A stretch of 36,739 bases of DNA from a virus (IMGVR_UViG_3300037785_000045:1-36739), one strand, 5' to 3'. Positions 10,045-17,943 are shown, counted from the first letter of the stretch. Notes: a model not told the origin generated them from the letters alone. Numbers and translations are program-made.

Positions 10045-11241
10045 ATGACAGTAAGCACAGCAAGAAACACATACACATATACAGGTGACGGTGTTACAGT
10101 AACATTTGAGGTTAGTGACATCTTTTATGATACATCGCACATTATAGTAAAGGTAGATGATGTAACGCAGACAGAGAACACGCACTACACAGTAACAGGT
10201 GAGGGGCTTGAAGCTGGCGGTAGTGTTGTGTTTAGCACCGCTCCAGCAAGCAATGCTTCTATTGTGATCCAGCGTATCGTTCCTTATGTGCAATCAACTG
10301 ATTTTGAAAACTTTGATGGAAACCCTGCCGATGTTACAGAAAAGCAGTTTGATCTTAACGTGATGATGGCTCAGCAAATATCTGAACAAACAGACAGAAC
10401 GATTTTAGCTCCTATTGGAACATCTCTTGCAAGCAATACAATTTCTGGAACTATTACCGCAGATGCTAAAGTACTGACTGTTTCCACCAGTGGTCCTGTT
10501 GTTTCGAGTATTTCAGATTTAAGCACGTCTTTAGATACTATTATAACAAGTGTCAGCGACAATGATATCTTGCAATACAACGGAACCAACTGGGTTAATG
10601 TTACTGTTTCCAGTCTTAACCTTTTGGGCAATTCTGATATAGGCGTTTCTGTTCAAGCGTATGATGCTGAGCTTGCTGCGATTGCTGGTTTAACAAGTGC
10701 AGCCAATAAGGTTCCATACTTTACTGGTAGTGAAACCGCTGGATTGTTGGACTTCCTTGATGAGGATGATATGTCAAGCAACAGTGCAACAGCAGTGCCA
10801 TCACAGCAAAGCGTTAAAGCGTATGTTGATGCTAGTGGCTTATCTATAGAAACAGGCACGTTTACGCCAACAATCAAAGCAGACGTTAATTTTACAAGCT
10901 ATACAGCAAGCGCTGCGACTAGCGGTCAGTATGCTAAGATAGGTTCTATGGTTACTTTTGTGATAGAATTTGGAACGAGTGCTCTCACGAAAGGTTCGGC
11001 AAGCGGAAGTGTGCAAATAGGCGGCTTGCCTTATGCGTGTGGTGCAAGTGATCCAGAGGCCAGTTTTGAAATTGGAAAAAGTAATGGATGGTCAGCACAG
11101 AACCCAGAGCGATGCCATATGATTGCAGGAACAAGCGACATACAGCTCATTGCGGGCAAGAACACAGATATTACAGTATCAAACGTGGTGGCTGGATCAG
11201 GCAATAACATCAAGATATCAGGAACATACTTTGCGGGGTAA
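10045..11241 (+). CDS. Tail fibre protein with T7 gp17-like N-terminal anchor
   Basis: '[10 protein letters not shown]...YTVTG...GGSVVF..AP......I.R' anchor; later '[14 protein letters not shown]' and 'GTFTP...Y.KIG.MV...GLPY' modules. Confidence 0.85.
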   Translation: MTVSTARNTYTYTGDGVTVTFEVSDIFYDTSHIIVKVDDVTQTENTHYTVTGEGLEAGGSVVFSTAPASNASIVIQRIVPYVQSTDFENFDGNPADVTEKQFDLNVMMAQQISEQTDRTILAPIGTSLASNTISGTITADAKVLTVSTSGPVVSSISDLSTSLDTIITSVSDNDILQYNGTNWVNVTVSSLNLLGNSDIGVSVQAYDAELAAIAGLTSAANKVPYFTGSETAGLLDFLDEDDMSSNSATAVPSQQSVKAYVDASGLSIETGTFTPTIKADVNFTSYTASAATSGQYAKIGSMVTFVIEFGTSALTKGSASGSVQIGGLPYACGASDPEASFEIGKSNGWSAQNPERCHMIAGTSDIQLIAGKNTDITVSNVVAGSGNNIKISGTYFAG

Positions 11242-11244
11242 ATT

Positions 11245-11973
11245 ATGCAGCTAGGACTAGGAACTGGAATATCAAGGTTATCTGTATCTGCAACGCCACC
11301 GCCTGAATCTGTCGGCGTTGCGTATGTTGGAACGGACAATGTAACGGGAATAAACGCTACATCTCACACGTTTAGCGCTGTGAATATAGGCACAGCAAGC
11401 GCGTACAGAAAGCTGCTCATTATGGTGGCTTATGAGGACGTGGAGCGAGGGGGTGCTATATCTCTTGATGGCATGACTGTTAATGGCACTGCTGCAACCG
11501 AGTTGGTTGATAGGGTGGTTCATGGTGACTTTGGCTCTGCACAATATATTATTGATATGCCGTCTGGAACAAGCGCCGATATTGTTTTGACATTTAATAG
11601 CGTTAACGCATGGGCAGCACGCATCGATGTTTATAATCTTGAGATGGATACAGTAACCGCTCACGATACTAAGAATTACACAAGTGGGGGTGGAGACATT
11701 GCAGCCAATATTAATGCACCAGCAAACGGCGCAGTTATGATGCACGTCACTCGCAAGGCTAGTGGAGACATTAGCGCCAAGAATAGCATCTTCTACACAG
11801 AAACGACACATACAGAAGATTTTGAGGGAACTGTCGGAAGCTTGGTGAACAGAAAGATTGCTGGCGGCCATGCACTAATTACCACAGCAGATTCATCATA
11901 CGTATGTAATACAGGCGCAGGAACAGGATTCTCGGACGTGGCTTATACCGTAGTTTCTTTTGCTCCTGCGTAA
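11245..11973 (+). CDS. Putative secondary fibre / receptor-binding protein
   Basis: Follows the tail fibre; 'MQLGLG' N-terminus, short Pro linker and a beta-rich Gly/Thr/Ser body. Confidence 0.5.
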   Translation: MQLGLGTGISRLSVSATPPPESVGVAYVGTDNVTGINATSHTFSAVNIGTASAYRKLLIMVAYEDVERGGAISLDGMTVNGTAATELVDRVVHGDFGSAQYIIDMPSGTSADIVLTFNSVNAWAARIDVYNLEMDTVTAHDTKNYTSGGGDIAANINAPANGAVMMHVTRKASGDISAKNSIFYTETTHTEDFEGTVGSLVNRKIAGGHALITTADSSYVCNTGAGTGFSDVAYTVVSFAPA

Positions 11974-12033
11974 CAGGCTATTGAGGACGTTTGTCATTTA
12001 TGATAAGTTGGTATTATAACAAGTGAGGGTATC

Positions 12034-12216
12034 ATGGAAAACGAACGTTTAGCACGAATTGAAACAAAGCTGGATACTTTAATTGACCAGAGCGAAGACA
12101 AAGAGTCTCGCATTCGTTCACTTGAAAAAAACCAAACTAAATTATTGGCGTGGGCAAGCGGTGCAGCAGGAATGGTTAGCATCGCTTTTCAACTTCTAAA
12201 GGATAAAATACATTAG
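12034..12216 (+). CDS. Small coiled-coil plus C-terminal TM protein (XhlA/holin-like)
   Basis: 'ERLARIETKLD...RIRSLEK' coil followed by a hydrophobic C-terminal helix; GAGG RBS. Confidence 0.6.
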   Translation: MENERLARIETKLDTLIDQSEDKESRIRSLEKNQTKLLAWASGAAGMVSIAFQLLKDKIH

Positions 12217-12257
12217 AATCAGAGGGTGTCATTTCAACCAAGTGGGAAGGGTAAAAA

Positions 12258-13172
12258 ATGGCAAAAGCAAAATACGACCATATAGACTTCGTTCAGGAGC
12301 GTAAAAAATATACATCAAACAGGAAAATGGCTGCCGCTTTGGGGATAGACGAGAGCGTTATTCGAAGGCGATTGAAGAAGAAAAACCATAAGCCAAAATA
12401 TAGGGTACACGACACACAATTAAAAATCCTGATATTTGATATTGAGACAACTGACATGGATATGCTTATCCAATCGTATTCATTAAAAAACTATGTCCGA
12501 TACTTTAGGCCAAGCAGTATACAGCGCGACTGGACTATGTTGGGTGCTGCGTGGAAATGGAAAGGCGAGAACACCGCTCAAGTCGTTTCTGTAATGCCTA
12601 ACGACCCTCTAAACGATGAGGGCATTGTACGGGCTTTATACGCCGTTTTAAAAGAGGCAGATGTGATTATAGGTCATAACTCTGACCGATTTGATATAAA
12701 GAAGTTTAATGCACGCGCTATATCTTATGGCCTTCCTCCTATAGGAAAGAAAATAAAGATTGATACTCTGAAGATGGTGAAAAAATATTTCGCCTTTACA
12801 TCGAACAAGCTTAGTTATATTGCGAAGTATCTTAAAGTTGATGACGAGAAAGACAGCAGCCCTGACTGGGAGAAGTGCATTCACGGATGTCCAGATGAGC
12901 TTCGTTACATGAGGAAGTATAACAAGAAAGATGTATTCGTTACGGAGCAAGTGTATGATAAGCTTGTTTCATATGATGAAAACCACCCTAGAATTGCTAA
13001 TGTGAAAAGAGATATTGACGGATTTGTTGTAGAGAACACATGTCCTTGTTGCGGGAGTGCTGATACGGTCAAAGACAAGCCCATATATACTCAAAGCGGA
13101 AAAACAAAAACACACTCATATACATGCAATAATTGCGGATCAAATTTTAAAGGCGAGAGAATAAAGCTATGA
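12258..13172 (+). CDS. RNase H-fold DEDDy 3'-5' exonuclease with N-terminal HTH and C-terminal Zn ribbon
   Basis: ExoI 'IFDIET', ExoII 'GHNSDRFD', ExoIII 'YNKKDV'; 'CPCC...CNNC'; N-terminal 'RKMAAALGIDESVIRRR'. Confidence 0.8.
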   Translation: MAKAKYDHIDFVQERKKYTSNRKMAAALGIDESVIRRRLKKKNHKPKYRVHDTQLKILIFDIETTDMDMLIQSYSLKNYVRYFRPSSIQRDWTMLGAAWKWKGENTAQVVSVMPNDPLNDEGIVRALYAVLKEADVIIGHNSDRFDIKKFNARAISYGLPPIGKKIKIDTLKMVKKYFAFTSNKLSYIAKYLKVDDEKDSSPDWEKCIHGCPDELRYMRKYNKKDVFVTEQVYDKLVSYDENHPRIANVKRDIDGFVVENTCPCCGSADTVKDKPIYTQSGKTKTHSYTCNNCGSNFKGERIKL

Positions 13173-13606
13173 CACAATCATGTGAACCAAAGTTTAAGTT
13201 TAGCAAGCGATCACTTGCGGAGATTGAAACGCTAGAGCCTGATTTGCAAATGGTATTGTCCAAAGTTATGAACTGGCAGATTATGGACTTTACCGTATTG
13301 CAGGGCGTTCGCACCATTGAGGAGCAGAAAGAACTTGTTAGGACTGGCAAGAGCCGCACAATGAATAGTAAGCACCTACCCAATCGCTTTGGTATGAGCG
13401 AAGCTGTTGATATTGCGCCGTGGCCTATTGATTGGAATGACCATGGGCGATTTAGGTTCTTGGGCGGGCTTATGTTCGCGGCTGCAGAAGAATGTGGCGT
13501 TAAGCTACGTTGGGGCGGTGACTGGGATAGTGACAAGGATTTTAAAGACCAGTCCTTCATTGACCTGCCGCACTTTGAACTTGTCGGGGATTATGGTGTT
13601 TTATAA
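13169..13606 (+). CDS. Endolysin, peptidase M15 family (L-Ala-D-Glu peptidase-like)
   Basis: 'G.RT.EEQ', 'SKH', 'AVD', 'RWGGDW' and 'D.PHFEL' motifs. Confidence 0.9.
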   Translation: MTQSCEPKFKFSKRSLAEIETLEPDLQMVLSKVMNWQIMDFTVLQGVRTIEEQKELVRTGKSRTMNSKHLPNRFGMSEAVDIAPWPIDWNDHGRFRFLGGLMFAAAEECGVKLRWGGDWDSDKDFKDQSFIDLPHFELVGDYGVL

Positions 13607-13703
13607 TTTGTGTATAATGATTTTCTGTTTACCGAACACAAATAACACAATGATAACTATAATATACACAAACACGGCATAACGGATATAATAATATACA
13701 TTA

Positions 13704-13844
13704 ATGCAAAAACATAAATTTGAATACAAGCGTTGGATGGGAAACTATTACTGCAAATATTGCGGTGAAATGAAACGAACGGACGGCAAAAAGCAGACAT
13801 CTTGCAAAGTGAAGCGATCTGATATACAATTAATGAAAGACTAA
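13704..13844 (+). CDS. Small basic Cys/His protein, 46 aa (not in ORF track)
   Basis: MQKHKFEYKRWMGNYYCKYCGEMKRTDGKKQTSCK...MKD*; fills the endolysin-holin gap; no SD seen. Confidence 0.5.
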   Translation: MQKHKFEYKRWMGNYYCKYCGEMKRTDGKKQTSCKVKRSDIQLMKD

Positions 13845-13858
13845 CCAAGGGGATTATT

Positions 13859-14035
13859 ATGATTAAAGAAACAGTTTTAGGTATTATTCGGCATTTGTTG
13901 ACGTTTGGCGGCGGCTTTATTTCAGCGGAAGGACTAGCGACCGCAGAGGAGACAAACATCGCTGTTGGCGCTGCTATGACTTTAGTGGGATTTGCGGCAT
14001 CGGTTATTCAAAAGAAACTGGCTGCCAATAAATAA
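13859..14035 (+). CDS. Putative holin, 58 aa (not in ORF track)
   Basis: MIKETVLGIIRHLLTFGGGFISAEG...IAVGAAMTLVGFAASVIQKKLAANK*; two hydrophobic segments and a basic C-terminus; AAGGGG RBS; lies between endolysin and spanins. Confidence 0.8.
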   Translation: MIKETVLGIIRHLLTFGGGFISAEGLATAEETNIAVGAAMTLVGFAASVIQKKLAANK

Positions 14036-14068
14036 GTTTACTTCTTTCCTTTAAGTAAAAACAAACTC

Positions 14069-14097
14069 GGCGGCCTTTATTGTGCCGCCTTTTTTTT
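14069..14097 (+). terminator. Rho-independent terminator, possibly bidirectional
   Basis: GGCGGC-9 nt-GCCGCC followed by T8; on the - strand the hairpin is followed by GAGTTTGTTTTT. Confidence 0.8.
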
Positions 14098-14108
14098 GAG
14101 AGGGTGAA

Positions 14109-14309
14109 ATGTGGTCAGGATTATTATCGCTATTATCTGCAATGGGGCAGCTCTTGCTTGGTGTCTTGCAGGAATATTCAAGAGAAAAAGATAGGCAAGC
14201 AGGACGCAATATTGAAAGGCTGGAACAACATGAAGAAGTTAATAAGCGCGTTTCTCGTGCTAGGGATATTATTAAGCGGGTGCGCGACAAAGAAAGCAGT
14301 GATAAGTGA
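14109..14309 (+). CDS. Putative inner-membrane spanin (Rz-like)
   Basis: N-terminal hydrophobic helix followed by a charged helical tail; GAGAGG RBS; overlaps a lipoprotein ORF. Confidence 0.6.
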   Translation: MWSGLLSLLSAMGQLLLGVLQEYSREKDRQAGRNIERLEQHEEVNKRVSRARDIIKRVRDKESSDK

Positions 14310-14388
14310 TTTTTGCGAAATTGGCGCACTGTTTGAAGCAGAGCGCCAATCCGAAGAATTTAATGAAGTGTTCAAGGAATTGTGTTAA
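14230..14388 (+). CDS. Outer-membrane spanin lipoprotein (Rz1-like)
   Basis: MKKLISAFLVLGILLSG-C lipobox; overlaps the upstream ORF in the +1 frame; two further Cys. Likely start is 14230, not 14080. Confidence 0.75.
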   Translation: MKKLISAFLVLGILLSGCATKKAVISDFCEIGALFEAERQSEEFNEVFKELC

Positions 14389-14660
14389 ACTTTATTTGAT
14401 ATGCCCCCTGCCGCTTCGTTCGCGTACGCAGGGGTTCTCTTTCTCCCGCACATTTCATAGGCGCGTTGCCTGATTTTGTCGTACTGCTCTGGAGTTAAAA
14501 TTTCATCAGCAGCATCGCGAAATTTGCACTCATACTGGTGCGATTCTTGTAAATTGATTAAGTTAATGGCGCGGTTTATTTCATTCAGGCGCTGCGTGAG
14601 TTTCAAGCGCTCCTCATGCAGCTTTTCTTTGGTGGCGTAAATATCTTCAATGGTGGTCAT
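14385..14660 (-). CDS. Hypothetical protein (coiled coil)
   Basis: Last gene of the leftward arm; AGGTGA RBS. Confidence 0.6.
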   Translation of the reverse strand: MTTIEDIYATKEKLHEERLKLTQRLNEINRAINLINLQESHQYECKFRDAADEILTPEQYDKIRQRAYEMCGRKRTPAYANEAAGGISNKV

Positions 14661-14667
14661 GTTTCAC

Positions 14668-14940
14668 CTATATGTCATAATGGGTTGCATCAAATAGTGG
14701 GCGGGTCATAAGTTCAATTTCATCGCCCGAACACGTTTTAACTTCAATGGAAATACCGAGAGCGTGATTGCTTTGGATGTATTCCCATTCATCGCTGGTC
14801 AAGTTTACTTGCCCATTACCATGCTCAAACCATTCTTCAAGCATATCACCAAGGGATACTTCCGTTTGATTTTTATTCCCGATCATGCAAACGCCAATAA
14901 GCGTTCCATATCCATCCCAAACTACTAAAACTCTATTCAT
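14668..14940 (-). CDS. Hypothetical protein
   Basis: AGGAAGGAAAG RBS; fits the operon packing. Confidence 0.6.
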   Translation of the reverse strand: MNRVLVVWDGYGTLIGVCMIGNKNQTEVSLGDMLEEWFEHGNGQVNLTSDEWEYIQSNHALGISIEVKTCSGDEIELMTRPLFDATHYDI

Positions 14941-14976
14941 TTACTTTCCTTCCTTTTTAATGTTTTTTTAACACGT

Positions 14977-15186
14977 TCACTCATAATACTTGATATAGCA
15001 TGATATATCATCATCACTCGGCTCTTGCATAAGCTTATCGGCTATGCGAAGGGCTTTGCGGATTGATGTTTTCATCTCTTTTATAGGCATATTATTAAAC
15101 ATATTTTCTAAAGTAGACTCAATATTTACCTCAATATCGGGTTGAATTGAATCCCAACATTCCAAAGCTTTCTTAAACTCACTCAT
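14977..15186 (-). CDS. Hypothetical protein
   Basis: Abuts the upstream stop; 69 aa. Confidence 0.55.
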   Translation of the reverse strand: MSEFKKALECWDSIQPDIEVNIESTLENMFNNMPIKEMKTSIRKALRIADKLMQEPSDDDISCYIKYYE

Positions 15187-15501
15187 TTACTTTTCTTCCT
15201 TTTCAAGTATTTTCTCACAGGCTTCAATCATTACATCAAGCGCAACGCCTATTTTATGTGGGCTTTCCATTGGTGTTACGTCACAACCCCTGCGCCAGTC
15301 TTGGTGCATTTTAATTGTTGTTAATGCGCTTTGAAGTTTGTCCATAAGCACTTCATCATCGAGCGCTTTAAATGCATCCAGCACATCCACTCGCGTATAT
15401 ACGCAAGCGTTAAAAGGAGGGTTCTTTGACGCGCCCTCTATCCATGTATGAGCATCATAATCGCCCTCAAATACCGTTATATGTTTAGGCCATTCACTCA
15501 T
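15187..15501 (-). CDS. Hypothetical protein
   Basis: GAGGGG RBS before the ATG at 15501 (MSEWPKHI). Confidence 0.6.
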   Translation of the reverse strand: MSEWPKHITVFEGDYDAHTWIEGASKNPPFNACVYTRVDVLDAFKALDDEVLMDKLQSALTTIKMHQDWRRGCDVTPMESPHKIGVALDVMIEACEKILEKEEK

Positions 15502-15503
15502 GA

Positions 15504-15662
15504 TCAAATCCCCTCATAGCAATATCTATTATCAACAACGTGCCCATCTGAATAACTGCTCCCATAAATATCAAAGCATTGATGGCACAATCCTTCATAA
15601 ACATCGTGTTGTGTAACACTTATCTCACGGTCACACTTCTCACAAAAATTAATCTCGCTCAT
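15504..15662 (-). CDS. Small Zn-finger protein, 52 aa (not in ORF track)
   Basis: MSEINFCEKCDREISVTQHDVYEGLCHQCFDIY...CYEGI*; CxxC-x15-CxxC; GGAG RBS; fills the gap. Confidence 0.7.
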   Translation of the reverse strand: MSEINFCEKCDREISVTQHDVYEGLCHQCFDIYGSSYSDGHVVDNRYCYEGI

Positions 15663-15903
15663 CTAAATACTCCAAATAAATGTTTTCAAAACGATTGGCA
15701 GCATCTTTGAGCTGGTCGATAGTTTTAATGCATAGCTTTTCTTGGGATACCATATTCCCCTTTGAGAATACTTCTATCATCCACACATGCTTTTCTGGCT
15801 CTGCATACGGCTTTCTTGAATAGCGGTTGATACATATTTTTAAGTCGCCTATATGGCCGCAATATCCTGTTGTTACTGGTTTTGGTGTTTCTTGTTCACT
15901 CAT
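15649..15903 (-). CDS. Hypothetical protein
   Basis: ATGA coupling to the upstream gene; GAGG RBS. Confidence 0.6.
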   Translation of the reverse strand: MSEQETPKPVTTGYCGHIGDLKICINRYSRKPYAEPEKHVWMIEVFSKGNMVSQEKLCIKTIDQLKDAANRFENIYLEYLDERD

Positions 15904-16307
15904 ACTTCCTCGCTTTCTGGTGGGGTTGGTATCGGCATCCAGTGGGTTGGGTTTAAAGGTACGTAATAATATCCAGTTGATTCGCTATCACCATCTTCTG
16001 AAAACCAGCGTTCTTCATCACGAAAATATTCGTCATGCTTCCAGCTACCTCGAGTACAGTTAAAGCGTGGACAATATAGATATATTACAGACCCGTCCTT
16101 CGGCGCGGTTTCAATCGGTTGCCACTGCATACTCTCAAGGGCTGCGCGGATTGTTTTTAACACATCATATTTGCGACAGTTAATTTCATCAAATTCATTT
16201 TCCGAAAGTATAAGGTTACAATACTCATCGTGAATTAAATATTCTAAATCTGAAATATAAGATGATATTTTATCCAACGCCTCAAGCGCTTCTCTCTTAT
16301 TCGTCAT
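15900..16307 (-). CDS. DUF551-like domain protein
   Basis: 'WQPIETAPKDG' ... 'PTHWMPIP.PP' motifs. Confidence 0.8.
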   Translation of the reverse strand: MTNKREALEALDKISSYISDLEYLIHDEYCNLILSENEFDEINCRKYDVLKTIRAALESMQWQPIETAPKDGSVIYLYCPRFNCTRGSWKHDEYFRDEERWFSEDGDSESTGYYYVPLNPTHWMPIPTPPESEEV

Positions 16308-16539
16308 ACCCGTACTCCATTAATGCTTTTAATTTATTGAGTTCTTTTATTTTATTGATCTTCTGTTTTTGTTCTTTCAGAAAAGCTGTAATTGCTGCCC
16401 CATCTGATCTATAACCGCACTCACTAACAAGTATTTCTTCGTAATCCACAAAACTGTAGAAAAATAAACCTCCCTTTTCGACAATTTTTAATTTATGTTT
16501 TCTCATTAAGTTTTGGTCATAGGTCTGATGGATCATCAC
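16297..16539 (-). CDS. Hypothetical protein
   Basis: Overlapping start/stop in the operon. Confidence 0.55.
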   Translation of the reverse strand: MMIHQTYDQNLMRKHKLKIVEKGGLFFYSFVDYEEILVSECGYRSDGAAITAFLKEQKQKINKIKELNKLKALMEYGYDE

Positions 16540-16832
16540 TCACCTTCTTTCTTTTGTAGGGCTTTATAAAACATATCGACTGCTTTGCTGTAGGTTTCAT
16601 CTGGCATATGTCCACGTTCCTTCAAATAATCCTCATTAACATCAGGACGCATAAATTGTCCACAGGCTTCCAAAGCCTCCTCCAACTCCGCAATCCTTTT
16701 GTCTTTCTCCTTGACAACATCGTCATGGTGGTATTTTTCAATACGTTGATCAGGATGTTTCTTCCAACCCTCATTTCTCCAAGTGCCATGTTCTGTAACC
16801 CAAATCTCTCTCGGCATTTTATCGGCCATCAC
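16536..16832 (-). CDS. Hypothetical protein
   Basis: GGAGGT RBS; 'MPREIWV' start and 'RIAELEEAL' coil. Confidence 0.6.
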   Translation of the reverse strand: MMADKMPREIWVTEHGTWRNEGWKKHPDQRIEKYHHDDVVKEKDKRIAELEEALEACGQFMRPDVNEDYLKERGHMPDETYSKAVDMFYKALQKKEGE

Positions 16833-17137
16833 TTCACCTCCTTCGCTTGTTTGATTGCTGCTTCAACAAGAAAAGCAACAGCTCCTCTTTCTTTTCTGTC
16901 TATATTTGGAAGCGCTAACTCCAAAGCTTCCAGCAACGGAAAGAAGTTGTTCGCGGCGTGGGCTGCAAAAGTCATGTTCTCACGGTGTTGGTCAGCATAG
17001 CAGAAGGCTGTATTCGCTATTGCGTCCATTGGGCTTTCTAAGTATGTGTTGCATAACAACGTGTATTCTTTTCCAGTACCGTCAACCTTCCAAGGCAACT
17101 CGCTAATGCGCTCTTTAAGTTCTTCTATTTTCATCAT
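16829..17137 (-). CDS. Hypothetical protein (Ead/Ea22-like pattern)
   Basis: 'LPWKV' ... 'FAAHAAN..PLLEALE'; AAGGAAAG RBS. Confidence 0.55.
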   Translation of the reverse strand: MMKIEELKERISELPWKVDGTGKEYTLLCNTYLESPMDAIANTAFCYADQHRENMTFAAHAANNFFPLLEALELALPNIDRKERGAVAFLVEAAIKQAKEVK

Positions 17138-17149
17138 CTTTCCTTTAAA

Positions 17150-17271
17150 TGGCGGCGGGGGCAGGGATCAAACCTGCTTAGGCGCTTGGTGTGTACCAGC
17201 TAGGGCGAATCGAACGACCCATCTGCACCTGCTCACTGGCTCGCGCCACACTGCGCTTACGCCGCCCCGCC
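17150..17271 (-). ncRNA. tRNA-like ncRNA of 122 nt with encoded CCA and no normal anticodon loop
   Basis: 7-bp acceptor GGCGGGG/CCCCGCC, then G and CCA; T-arm GCAGG-TTTGATC-CCTGC; GGCGC/GCGCC stem enclosing a second GTTCGATTC T-loop; GC-rich and fills the intergenic space. Confidence 0.7.
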
Positions 17272-17277
17272 ATAGGG

Positions 17278-17430
17278 TTAATTACACTCTACATCAGGCA
17301 TCCAAATACAAACTATATCAGCCTCACGATATTCATTGTCCTCAATCATTATCCTTATTGGTGTGCCTGTGACATAGAACATTAGATACACAACCAATAA
17401 AACGATAATCACTGCTAGCGCCTGTTTCAT
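17278..17430 (-). CDS. Small membrane protein, 50 aa (not in ORF track)
   Basis: MKQALAVIIVLLVVYLMFYVTGTP...VECN*; ATGA overlap with the upstream stop; GAGG RBS. Confidence 0.65.
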   Translation of the reverse strand: MKQALAVIIVLLVVYLMFYVTGTPIRIMIEDNEYREADIVCIWMPDVECN

Positions 17431-17711
17431 TTTTTTGCCTCAAGATTTTTAATTTTATCTTTTAAATTCCATATCGATTTATCTTTTTTGTAAATATCCT
17501 TTTTTAGCTTAATTATGTAAGCTTTATTTGATTCTGTTTGCTTTTTTTGAAGTATCCTAATTTCTTTCTTTAAATTAAAAATAGTATTTCCATATTCGTT
17601 AATAAGGTAAGATTTGTCATTTTCGGAATATTCTTCTTTCAATACCTGTATTCTTTTTTCTAAGAAAGAAATCTGTTTTCTCATTTCTTTTATTCCAAAA
17701 AAATCAAACAT
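17427..17711 (-). CDS. AT-rich, Lys-rich coiled-coil protein
   Basis: GGAG RBS before the ATG at 17711; heptad pattern. Confidence 0.6.
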   Translation of the reverse strand: MFDFFGIKEMRKQISFLEKRIQVLKEEYSENDKSYLINEYGNTIFNLKKEIRILQKKQTESNKAYIIKLKKDIYKKDKSIWNLKDKIKNLEAKK

Positions 17712-17892
17712 CTGATTCTCCATTTAAAAAATTTTTTATGTCTTCGAGCTTATAAAACCAGCGCCCGCCAATTTTAATTCTTTTCGGCCCCACATCCCTG
17801 TCGTGCCAGTTTTTTAGTGTGACTCGCGTAACACCAGCGATTTCGGCAGCTTCTTTTATAGGTATAAGATTTTCATTTATGTTCATAATCAA
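17704..17892 (-). CDS. Excisionase/AlpA-like winged HTH DNA-binding protein
   Basis: 'IKEAAEIAGVTRVTLKNW....GPKRIKIGGRWFY...DI..F'; start may be the ATG at 17886. Confidence 0.8.
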   Translation of the reverse strand: MIMNINENLIPIKEAAEIAGVTRVTLKNWHDRDVGPKRIKIGGRWFYKLEDIKNFLNGESDV

Positions 17893-17914
17893 CCTCTTGT
17901 TAAGTTATGAATAG

Positions 17915-17943
17915 ATAATAATACAAATGAAAAAACTTGTAAA
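17915..17943 (-). promoter_or_regulatory. Sigma70-type promoter
   Basis: TTTACA-17 nt-TATTAT upstream of the AlpA-like gene. Confidence 0.6.

Noticed and set aside
10045-11973. Diversity-generating retroelement (BPP-1-like virion genes)
   Set aside because: No reverse transcriptase ORF and no template/variable repeat pair noticed.
14080-14229. N-terminal extension of the 102-aa ORF
   Set aside because: It starts inside a terminator; the lipoprotein signal begins at the ATG at 14230.
17150-17271. Canonical tRNA, tmRNA or attP core
   Set aside because: No 7-nt anticodon loop or D-loop GG; no G3-U70, A73 or tag ORF; both acceptor strands are present and no tyrosine integrase was found.
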